The notes below the pieces were generated by a model, which was not told the DNA's origin, did no database searches, and saw nothing but the letters and a program-made list of their open reading frames with translations. A stretch of 64,000 nucleotides of DNA from Thecamonas trahens ATCC 50062. Its lineage: Eukaryota; Protista; Apusomonadida. The DNA is taken from NCBI RefSeq assembly GCF_000142905.1, contig NW_013657674.1, positions 528,709 to 592,708 of the forward strand, written 5' to 3'. Positions 30,701 through 41,257 of the stretch are shown here, piece after piece. Both the position numbers and the translations under genes were made by a program. Each line of letters begins with the position of its first letter. Position 1 is the first letter of the stretch.

Positions 30701-33700
30701 GACGGCAAAGCGTGCGGCAGCCGACGGGAGGCTCTCGTTGTCGAGGACGGTGGCGTAGAGCGGCGCCAGAGTCGGCTCGCCGGCCTGGAGCAGGTCCCGC
30801 AAGGTCAGCGGCTCGCCTTCACTCATCGACGTGATAGCCGACTGCAGAGTGAGAATCTTGTTAAAGATGACAAAGACGAGGCCCGGCTTGAAGCGAATCT
30901 CCAGCGTTGTGGGAAAGTTGCGGCGGGTGGCGAGTGCATCGATTATCGCCGGTGGCGCAATGGTCTCCATTCGCCGGTGGTAGGCATCGAGCTCGGCGAG
31001 CCAGTGGCCGAGCACGCTCTCGGCATCGACGCGGGTAAAGTTGGCGGCAACGACTGGGTCGATGGGCAAGTTCATGTCGGCCATGCAGAAAAGAACCGTC
31101 TTGACCCGGGCCTGTGCGGCCGAGAGCCGATGCGCAATGAGCGGCGCCACAAAAGCATGATCGTTGTCGATGGGCACTGGGCGGCGGACTAGGCCGTTGG
31201 GCGCACCGGGCTCGACCACATCCTCGACCACGTAGTTGTCAAGCTTGCCGTCCTCGGGATTGGTGATGAGGGCGAGGAGGACTTGCTGCGAAAAGTACGC
31301 GTGGTCGAGGCCGGGCACTTCAAGCGCAGATGCGAGCACGTCCTTGAGAATGGGACCAGGCACGGTCTCTGAGACCTGAAAGACATAGTCAGCGTCGTCG
31401 TTGATGTGCCTCACGCGGATGAGGTCGGTCGGCGGTGTGCCGTCGCCAAACACCAGGTGAGCGAGAAGGTGGACGGCGAGCTCGGCACCGGGGAGCTCCG
31501 GGTTTTGCTTAAAGTGGAAGCCGCCGACTTGGACAACGTTGCGGCGGCCGTGGGAGGAAGTCTGTGTCACGCCTGTGGCCGTAAACAGCTCCTCGGCAAA
31601 CTCGTCGCGGAGGCGGCGGACGCGGCCGTCGCGGACGCCGATAAAGGCCTGCGGGCCAGCGGCGGCGTAGGCGCTGAGTCGGGCATCGCCGACAAGCTCG
31701 CCATCGCTCACTACTTCGGCGATGGCGTCCATTTTCCACGCCCAGCGCGCCTCGACCATGTGCTTCATGGCGGCGAAGGGGGCGGACTCGCCCCACGAGG
31801 TGGTAAAGTCGGAGAGCATGGCTGAGAGCGGGTGGAGGACAAGGGTGACGGCGTTGCGGAGGTACGTCGAGTCATCTCGCGTGAGCTGAACCAGTTGAGA
31901 GAGTGTAGCCGGCGGCGTCGCGTCGGCGTACCAAACCGACTCCTCCTCACAGCCGTGCATGAAATGGGCCTTGTAGCGGATGGTACAGGCAAAGGTGTGG
32001 AACTTGGCCCAAGCACGGGCCATGTCGCGGTGGACGACGCCAGCGTCGCGGAGGGCGGCGATGCGGCCCTGAGTCGAGGCGCAGGCGATGCCAACGTAGA
32101 GGGCGAGGCCGTCGAGGGCGAGAGCAATGAACCGACAGAGGTTGTCCTTGACAAACAGTTCGCCGGCGAGTGGCACTTCGCCAGGAGAAAACACGCCATG
32201 TGCCGTGTTGTTCCGTTTGAGCGTCTCGATGGCGTAGAACTGGCGGAGGGCAACGTAGGGAAGGATAGCTTGCTCGGACGAAAGCTGCACCTGGCGGCCG
32301 TCGCGAATGCACGCGGCCAATTCTTCGGCCGACATGGGCGCGGCGTCGCCTGCCGCGCCGTCTCCACGGGAGCGAGCAAAGCGGGTGACAATCTTGACGG
32401 GCGCGTTGAGCGCTCGGCGAACTCGCTTGGCCCGCTTGGTCGTGCCATCGTCGTCGTAGTGGTAGTAGTTGTCGGCCTCGTCGCGGCGACGCTGATCAAG
32501 CAGATCCTGTGCGGCAGCGATGGCCGGATTATCGATGAGCATGCCAGAGGCCTCGTCCTTGCGACGATTGTGAAGGGCCCATTGGAGGATGAGGTTGTTC
32601 GAGGTAGGGAGAACGTCATCGAGCTTGGAGGCAAAGACATCTGCGAGTGCGGCGCAGTAGTCGCTGAACAGCTCGGGCTCGCCAGCCACGTGGCACCCGG
32701 AGCGAATGCCGTGGCCGATGGGGTCGACGTCGGCGCCGCCGAGCAGGTCACAGGCGACCTCGACTTGACGACGGGCAAGCTCGCCGGGCGTAGTGATGGT
32801 GTTGACCGGCGAGAGTGCGGCGACGTCAAGGCGGAAGCCGTCCTTGAGCACCGAGCGCTGACCGCGGTCAAAGCAGAGGAAGGGTGTCTCGCCGAGGCCG
32901 ATGGTTTGTAGCTCGAGGAGCTCCATGGTGGCCTGAAAGTAGCTGAGGATGTGCGGCTCGTCCGAGGCGACAAGCAGGATGGCATCAAGGTCGGAAAAGG
33001 GACACATTTCCTCGCGAGCGAGCGAGCCGAGGCCAACGACAGACCATGCGCAGGGCGGGGGCCGGTGATAGACATGGCGTCCTCGATGAGCGTCTCGAGC
33101 AGTGCGCAGGTCATGCCACCCATGAGACGCATAAGAACATGAATACCCTCATCGCGCTGGAGCACATGGACAAACTGGTCCTGATGTGCTGCGAGGAGCG
33201 AGAAGATCCAGTCGACCGAGGACGGCGGCGCAGGAGTTACATCCGCGTCCTCGGCGGCTTGACGGCTTGAGCCATGTGCTGCCGATGCCGGGACAAGGCC
33301 TTCAGTCACAAGCAGGGCCGTCAGCTTGCGGGTGAAGACCGGCGAGACGGCCTCGAGCGAGCGCGGCGCAAGGCGGGCGGCGTCGACGCGCGGCTCAAAG
33401 AAGCGCTGGTAGAGGAGGGCCACAAAGTAGCGCATAAAGTGGAGGGTACCCCGGTTGACAAACCACGGGAGAGACGCAAGGTCAGCCGCAGGCAGTGGGC
33501 TGACGTAGGCGTCGAGCAGGGCGGCACCGGCCGGCGAGAGCGGATGAGCGGCAACGGCACGCATAAAGGCGGCGGTGGTGGCGAGTGGAGCAAGTGCAGC
33601 AGCATGTACGTTGTCGCCGGTCAGTCCGGCATCGTCGGCGACTTGGATGGCCGAGTAGGCGTAGAGAGTCGCGATCTTGTGTCCGTTTGCGTATGCCCGC

Positions 33701-35298
33701 GACGGTGGAAGCGAGGTGGCCTGGTGCGAATAGAGGGCGGCAAGAGCAGTGAGAAGCGTGACCTGCGCGTCAGCAAGCCCGGCCTTGTCGGCGAGCTCAA
33801 ATGCGGCGGTGGTGTAGTTGAGCGCAGGGGGGAGCCAAAGCTCGGTGTCGAGGGCGCGCGGGAGAAGAAAGGAGTCAATGAGGCCGCAGAGACCATCGAC
33901 AAGATCGAATGCGGCGGCGGTACGAGCAGGGGATGCCGCAAGAGCTTCCGAGTGCGAGGCAGCCACAAGCTCGCGGATGACCATGGTGCAATGGTCCGAC
34001 GCTTCCGCAACGTCAGCCTCGCTTGGCGAGTGGATGGCCATATGTAGGTGAGCAAGGCGGAGGGCGAGGTCCGCAAGCGGTGGGATGATGGCATCCTGGT
34101 CGAGTCTATCCACCAGGGAGAGGCGGGCGCAGAGGATGCGGAGGCCGCGGGCCTCGGCCCATGGAATGTCGCCCGGGGTGGACGCCGCCGAAGTCGCCGC
34201 GTGGATGATGTCGACGAGCGGAAGGAGGGTTGCGGCGTCGAGAGGTGTCTCGCGGGTGACTAGCGGAGTCGCGCTGGTTGTTGTATGAGTTGCGTCGCCC
34301 GCCTCGGGCGCGGGTTCGGGGTTGCCAGCCTCGGGTGCGAGTTCGGTATGATGAGCTGCATCGCCAGCTTCGGGCGCGGGTTCGGGGTTGCCAGCCACGG
34401 GCGCGAGTTCGGTATGATGAGCTGCGTCGCCCGCCTCGGGCGCGGGTTCGGGGTTGCCAGCCTCGGGCGCGAGTTCGGTATGATGAGCTGCATCGCCAGC
34501 TTCGGGCGCGGGTTCGGGGTTGCCAGCCTCGCGCGCGAGTTCGGTATGATGAGCTGCATAGCCAGCTTCGGGCGCGGGTTCGGGGTTGCCAGCCTCGGGC
34601 GCGAGTTCGGTATGATGAGCTGCATCGCCCGCCTCGGGCGCGGGTTCGGGGTTGCCAGCCTCGGGCGCGAGTTCGGTATGATGAGCTGCATCGCCCGCCT
34701 CGGGCGCGGGTTCGAGGTTGCCAGCCTCGGACGCGAGTTCGGTATGATGAGCTGCATCGCCCGCCTCGGGCGCGGGTTCGGGGTTGCCAGCCTTGGGCGC
34801 GAGTTCGGTATGATGAGCTGCATCGCCAGCTTCGGGCGCGGGTTCGGGGTTGCCAGCCTCGGGCGCGAGTTCGGTATGATGAGCTGCATCGCCCGCCTCG
34901 GGCGCGGGTTCGGGGTTGCCAGCCTCGGACGCGAGTTCGGTATGATGAGCTGCATCGCCCGCCTCGGACGCGGACTCGGTGCCGCCAGCCTCGGACGCGG
35001 GCTCCACCTCCACCAAGTTGCCGACCTTAACCGCAACCTCTTCGGCATCTCCAGCCACCACGTCGGCAATGGTGACATCAAGCTTCCCGCCATCCGCTTC
35101 GGCTTCTACTCCAATGTCATCCACACCACCCGCATGCCCGTGGCCGCCAACCTGGAGCTGGCTTGCGCACGCACCAGCTCCACCTCCACCACCACCAGTC
35201 CCGTCCGCCATGGCCATGTTGCCGCCACTACCGTCATCACCAGCCACAGCAGAAGTTTCTTCTGCCTCGCTTGGGCATGCGGTGTCTATGGCCGACAT
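27731..35298 (-). CDS. Giant multidomain protein (~2520 aa, frameshift at ~33057-33061): tandem repeat + helical region + DUF294-type nucleotidyltransferase + PI4K/HipA-like kinase + LRR + WD40
   Basis: Adding one C in the C5 run joins the two ORFs as LIEDAMSITG-PPPCAWSVVGLGSLAREEMCPFSDLD. DUF294_C-like VKDNLCRF...STQGRIAALRDAG. Kinase-like FHFKQNPELPG, NPEDGKLDNY, PIDNDHAF. LRRs LTKLDVSGCEKL, ITHLDLRGCGL. WD40 GHTDAVRQV...SASYDGTVRLW. Confidence 0.85.
34287..34975 (-). repeat. Coding minisatellite, ~10 x 66 bp (HHTELAPEAGNPEPAPEAGDAA)
   Basis: ggtatgatgagctg recurs every 66 bp from ~34345 to ~34939. Confidence 0.95.
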
Positions 35299-35356
35299 GC
35301 TTGCTGTACTGGGGTGACGTGAAGTCTTTTGAGCGCAGGAGGAGGGCGGAGGAGGG

Positions 35357-35360
<4 letters not shown>

Positions 35361-35401
<41 letters not shown>
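35361..35401. repeat. Poly-G tract (41 nt)
   Basis: Uninterrupted G run (poly-C on the sense strand) ~60 bp upstream of the ATG at 35298. Confidence 0.95.
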
Positions 35402-35402
<1 letters not shown>

Positions 35403-35515
35403 GGAAGAGGAGGATCAATGGTGGCGTGACAGGCAACGACATCGCTCACTTGATTCCGGCTCGCAGATGCAATATCCAGGGATAGCTTTCCTGTGCTGGG
35501 TCCTGGGTGGTGACT

Positions 35516-38500
35516 TCATTCAAAGTCAGCGCTCGAGATATTAGGCAGATCTCCTTGTGCCCTGGTCACTGCCATCGTCGCACTGTCAGACACCCTTCTC
35601 GACTCGCGACAAATAGGAAGCGCGTCCATGGTCCTGGACCGCGTCGAGTTGGGATGGTGGTGGTGGCCGTGGCCGTGGCGGTGATGGTGGCCGTGGCGAT
35701 GAGAGCCATTGTCCTCTCGATGCGGACGGTGCCCGCTTCCCTTCCGACGTTGATGGTGTGCGCTTTCCTCTTGATGTGGATGGTGCGTACCGCTAGGCGC
35801 AGAAACTCCAACTTCGGCATCGGCATGCCGGCTGTGCCTGTGACGCCGCCGGTGATGAGTGCCGGATCTGAGATCTTGACTTTCGCCTGCATGCAAGCAC
35901 CAGCCTCATGGCCTGTCGACACATCGCGGTGGCGGCGGCGCGGCTTGCGCCCTTTGCTATGCGCGTGATGGGCCAGTCCGTTCCAGTGATCGCCTTCCTG
36001 GTGCGACCGCCACCGCCATTTTTCCGCACCAGAGTCATTGACGTCATCAGCCAGTGTCTCCCACTGCTTTGACAGCCGCCGGCCTCCAGCCACTGGCGAC
36101 GTCGCGTTGGTCACCCCGCGGTACTCGATCGTGCTCGAGTTGCGCCGTCCTGACCGCGAGTGGGACCGCGACGAATGCGACCGACTCGTGTCAGGAGCGG
36201 CCGACGCCGGCTTGATGGGAGTGTGGGTGAGGCACTGGACAGTATGCAGGTCTTGTGCTGATCGATGTGACTGCAATGCCTTGTGGCTCGGACTGAGAAG
36301 CTTGTGGCGAAGATCGGGTGAAGGCCCAAATTCGCGCAGATCCACCAGCGACCGAGACACCTCCAGGCGCAACAAACCATGTTGCTCCGAGCAAACGAGA
36401 GCTGCCCTCGGCGGCGACGATTCGTCCATGCCAGACACACCAGGCTCCTTTGCCTCGTGCAACGTCGCCAGCGAAGCTCCGGAGCCCGCATCACGTGGTG
36501 GGGTTGTGCTCGCTGCGCTCAGCTCGGGCTCGTCGTCGAGCATGACTGCCTTTGGCCGCGCCACCGGTAGCTCCTTGATGCTTGCAGGCCCCCCTTCGAT
36601 GGAATCCAAAACGTTGCGTGCTTCTGCTGTCGATCTCGGCGACGAGCTTGCTGTCGCGTTCGAACACGAACTCGATGACGAGCTTGACAACACAGCCGGG
36701 GCCACCTTGCTCGTGCGGCCTCGCCGCTGCTTGCGGACAACATGAAAGACAATCGCAGCGACAGCGACAGCAATCGTGACAATCTGAAAGCCAACAGAAA
36801 TGCCAAAGAGCGTCTCATCCTCTTGGTACAGGTAGTACATGAGCTGGCCGGACGACGCCAGCCCCGAACCAATCGAAAGCAACGTGTGGAGCTCATGGAT
36901 GAACGGGTCGAGAATGGCAACTACAAGCATAGTGACTGTAAAGTTGACAATCGTGGCAAAGATGCGCGGCCCAGACTCCCCGAGAAAAACCGTCTCGGCC
37001 ACAAAAGCAAATGTCGAGACAAACTGGAGGGCGCGGAACCAAAAGAACGGCGGCTTTAGGCCGTGGAGCAGAAAGCCGTACGCCTCCATCGCCACATCGA
37101 TGACCACCATGTTGAGCGCTCGCAGCGCACGGTACATCTGAATACCTGTCATGCACATCCACACCGGGAACGCCACGCACACGCCCACAAGAATTATCCA
37201 AGCCAGCACCGCAGCCCGCAGGTGCTCGCCCTCGTAGCACGTCACCCGCATCTCCGCGACCAACCGCAGGCTTCCGTCGCCAACCTTGATGCAGTTGAGC
37301 GCCTCGAGCGTCCGCAGCGAGAGCTGCAGGTAAGAGAGCGCAAACAGGATCATGATGGCGTGCTTAGAGCGCGAGCGCATAATGTCCTTACGACTCAAGG
37401 GAGTTCTTCCAACAGTCCGCGAATCCTCCAGCCGCTCTTGCAACAGCTGCGTCGTGTTGAGCGAGGTTGCGGTGCCGGAGCGGAGTGAGGCCACCAGCCG
37501 CGCGTTTGACCGCGCAAACGCCTCGTGGTGAGGAATCGACGAACCGTAGATGGAGCTGTTGCCGTCGAGCACCATCGACGATGACGACGACGACGACGAT
37601 GACAGCTCGTTGCGCAGCGTCGGAAGGTTAAGCACAGACGTAGCCCGATGCGCGCTGCGCGCCAGACACGAGTGCGTCCGGACCCAGACAACGGCAATGA
37701 ACATAAAGCCAGCAAGAACGACAATAACCACAGTGCCCGTATAGAGTGAGACAAACGAGAGGGCGCCAACAGAGCAGCCGGGCTTGACCACCTCAATCTC
37801 AAAGTTGATGATAGACAGTACCCGCACAATGGTGGGGAAAATCGGCGACGTCATCGAGCCTGAGAGCTGCTGCAGGCCGACCTTGCACACAATGACCATC
37901 TGCTGTGCCGCAACTAGAACAGAGACCACAGAGACCAGTGTCTGTGCCGAGAAGAGGAACAGCGAGCCGAGGACAACGATAAAGTACACGCTTGCCACGA
38001 TCAGCATGAGCGCCACTTCGGCCTTCACCGACGCATCCGAGCCACATGCCCGGCACACGCCGTACTCTTGGTAGTACTCATCCTCGCACGTCGAGCAGAA
38101 CTCGTCGGCATAGCCCTTGGCGCACTGCATCGTCATCCGCACGCCATCATCATCCATCCGCGGTGGATACTTGTCATCCTCACCCATCGCGCCAGGGCAT
38201 GCCGCAGGGAGCCGGCACATGGTCGGTGGCACAGTCTCGGATGGCGACCAGTAGCCCGCCCGCGGCCAGAACCGTGCGCCGCCAGGACAGTACGCGCCCT
38301 TAAAGTTGGAGCACGGCTGGCACTGTCGCCCATACCACACAAACCCTTCGTCGTAGCACTGATGCTCAACGTACGTCAGCAGCGAGGCCAGCGGAACCGG
38401 CGCAGCGCCGGCTGCTCCCAGTTCGCGGAACGCCATCTTGTGGTAGCCGGTCTTGTTTGACGACGGCGAGACAAAGGACAGCGACGTCTCCGTCTTAAAG

Positions 38501-40510
38501 TCAGCATTGATCCTGCTAATGGTGACGGGTGCAGCGTCTCTGGGATCACTAAAGATCTCAACTTCGACCACATACAAGCCGTCGGGCCGAAACGGGGTGT
38601 CCGACGCCAGCGCGCGCGTCCGCGAGAGCACCATTGCGATGCCACCGGCGTACGGCGAGACAGATGGCTTGAGCGCCCAGACAATGGGGTCCGGGATCTT
38701 TGGTCCCGACTTGGGAGGCGGTGAGGATGGCGGTGGTGGTGGTGGAAGAGGGGAGGGAGGTGGCGGCGATGGTGGCGATGGTGGCGGAGGTGGTGGCGAC
38801 GGGGGTGGTGGCGATGCCGGCGGAGGTGGCGGCGATGGCGCCGATGGCGGCGGAGGTGGCGGCGATGGCGCCGATGGCGGCGGAGGTGGCGGCGACGGCG
38901 GCGGGGGTGGCGGCGGCGATGGTGGTGGCGGCGGAACGCATGCGCCGTACGACGGCGAGCCTTCGGTCGTGTCCAGCTCATGCGTGGGTGCACATGTCGT
39001 GCATGGCCCGTTCACGGGATCCACAAGGCAGTCGGCTTTCGTCGCGCACCGGGAACCAGTCCATCCGGTGACACAGGCCGAGGTGCAGGTGGCCGGCGGG
39101 CCAGCTAAGGTGCAAGGATCGGTTGACCGCTTGCAGAACGTGTTCGACGCACAGTCTCCCGGTGGCGGATTGACGAACCGCGACACTCCGGAACACGAGG
39201 TGTCAGCATTTTCCGCATCACCGCCGTAGTTGGTGCACGAGACCGTGCCGACGGTGTCGATGGTAGAACCGACGTCGTTAGTGGTGTACAGTGCTCCGCG
39301 GACGAGCGCGTGGTTCTGCGTGATGAGCGAGCCTGACAGCGTGGGTACGGCACCAGTGCCAAAGTATGCTCCTGCCCCGAAATCGGCGGTGTTGTCGGTG
39401 ATGGTGAGATTGTGGAGCGTCGCGCTCGTCGACCCCGTCACATACAAGCCGCCACCGTCTGTCGCCGAGTTCCCGCTCAGCACCGTGTTCGAGATGAGCG
39501 AGCCAGTCGATCCAGCACCCGCAAAGCACACGGCACCGCCAAAATCCGCGACGTTGCCGGCGACGAGCGAGTCGGTGAGCACTACGTCGACGCCCTCGCC
39601 CCACCACATGCCGCCGCCACAAACGGCCGCTGAGTTGTCGCGGATAGTGGCCCCGCGGATGCTCCCGGACGGCGCATCGCCGCCGACTTGCATCACGGCG
39701 ATGCCACCGCCACTAGTACCAGCCTCGTTATTGTACACATCGAAAACAGCGCCGGCAACTACGTCGATAGCGGCGGTCTGGTCCAGATACACCCCGCCGC
39801 CCTCAAGCTCCGCAGTCGAGGACGAGATCGAGGCGCCTGCGCCAATGACTTGGAACAGGTTGGAATTTTGCACCGCAATGGCACCGCCGACAGTGCCTGC
39901 GGTACAGCTCCGGAGGATGGCGCCATCGAGTATGAGACTTGAGCCCGATGGGACCTGCACGCATCCGCCCGGGCCTGTCGCCTCGCAGTTCTCCAGCGTC
40001 GAGTCGACAATGGTGAGCGACGACGACTGGCCGACCTCGACGCATCCAGCTTTTGTCACGGCTCCATCATCGACCATGCAGCCATTCACGTGGATCCTGG
40101 TAAAGGTCACTGTTGAGGCGTCCATCAGTCGCATGCATCCGCCTTTGTTGTACGCCGTATTGGGGCCACCTCCATTAACGATGGAAAAGTCTTCGAGGAA
40201 AAAGCCGTCGGCCTTGGTATCAAACAGAAACGCCCGCTGATTCGACGACTGGCAATCGATGATAGTCACACCGACGCCTGCACCTCGAATTGTGATGGAG
40301 ACGCCTGCTCCGAGCCCCGTCACCGCGCTCGCGCATCCTGTCCATGTTCCTGCAGGGATCTCCACAACATCGTTGTTGGCCGCAGACGCAACCGTCGACG
40401 CGATGTCAGCAACGTTGCCGGGAAACGGGGAGGGTTGCACCAAAGACACCACAAACGAGGAGGAAGGACAAGGCAACAACACACAACACGCGTCCTTCGC
40501 AGCCGTCCAT
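35516..40510 (-). CDS. Cell-surface receptor-like protein: beta-helix (GGA/GGC Pmp-like repeats), EGF-like, Pro-rich stalk, Ig/TIG-like, Cys-rich, multi-TM; probable frameshifts near both ends
   Basis: GGCM/GGCV/GGAI/GGGV/GGGI/GGGL repeats with NxA. SPPPP stalk; CPGG...GYW...C Cys-rich region; about 8-9 hydrophobic segments. A signal-peptide-like MDGCEGRVLCVVALSFLLVCGVFGA (ATG 40510) and a His-rich tail (35516-35896) lie in neighbouring frames. Confidence 0.75.
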
Positions 40511-41257
40511 TGCGGTGTGGGTGGTGTGGCAGGCTTGGTTCGGGTGCCTAGTACGGGTGCCAAGTGCGGGTGAAGCGGTGGGTGTTAACGAAGAGAAGAC
40601 AACAAGTTGCAACGATGTTTTGACCAGATTGGCGGAGTGGTCATCCCTGACAAACGCACAGGTTCGAGAACAATGCCAATTTCCTGCACACTCTCGGTTG
40701 CCGGCTGAGTGGTCGCTCCGCTGGCTCGACGGCTTGAGATTTCCTCGCGTTTGCTGTGCTGACCATCTTTGCCAGCACATCGTGCCAATTGGCACGGTGA
40801 TCCGCGTGTACAGGAGCGCCGTTCGATGGCTCGATAGCTCGCGTACAAACGAGATCAAGGTAAGAATTGGGCAGCCAGTGGGCGCCCGTCGTCGTCGTCG
40901 TCGTCGCGCATCGTCATCAAAAGGATGGGCGGATGGGTTCCCGCTCCGTCGGAGCCCACTGTGCCGATGCCATTGGAGCTCTTAGCAAAGTAAGGTGCTA
41001 GCTGCTTTGCTTTGCTCCGCCGGCCGCGAGTGTTAGCGGCTCGTAGCAGTCGCGGCAACAGTACTATGGGGAGTAGTGACATGCAGTCTCCGAAAAATAG
41101 TAGCATGCTTGTCACCGGACAACCCTAGCCCATCACTGTCGAGTGCGTCACTTGGCGCGAGCGCGCACCCAACTCCGACACCACCAAGCTCCCCGCACCA
41201 CAGCACTCACCCACACCGCAGACTCACACTCACACCCACACAGCACAACCCCTCTCC

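Noticed and set aside
31765-33040. C-terminal third of the 1225-aa ORF
   Set aside because: Ser/Pro/Arg-rich off-frame read-through after the frameshift; the conserved domains are in the other frame.
34287-34975. Regular repeat array as a possible CRISPR
   Set aside because: No unique spacers; the 66-bp unit is in frame within a eukaryotic CDS and there are no cas genes.
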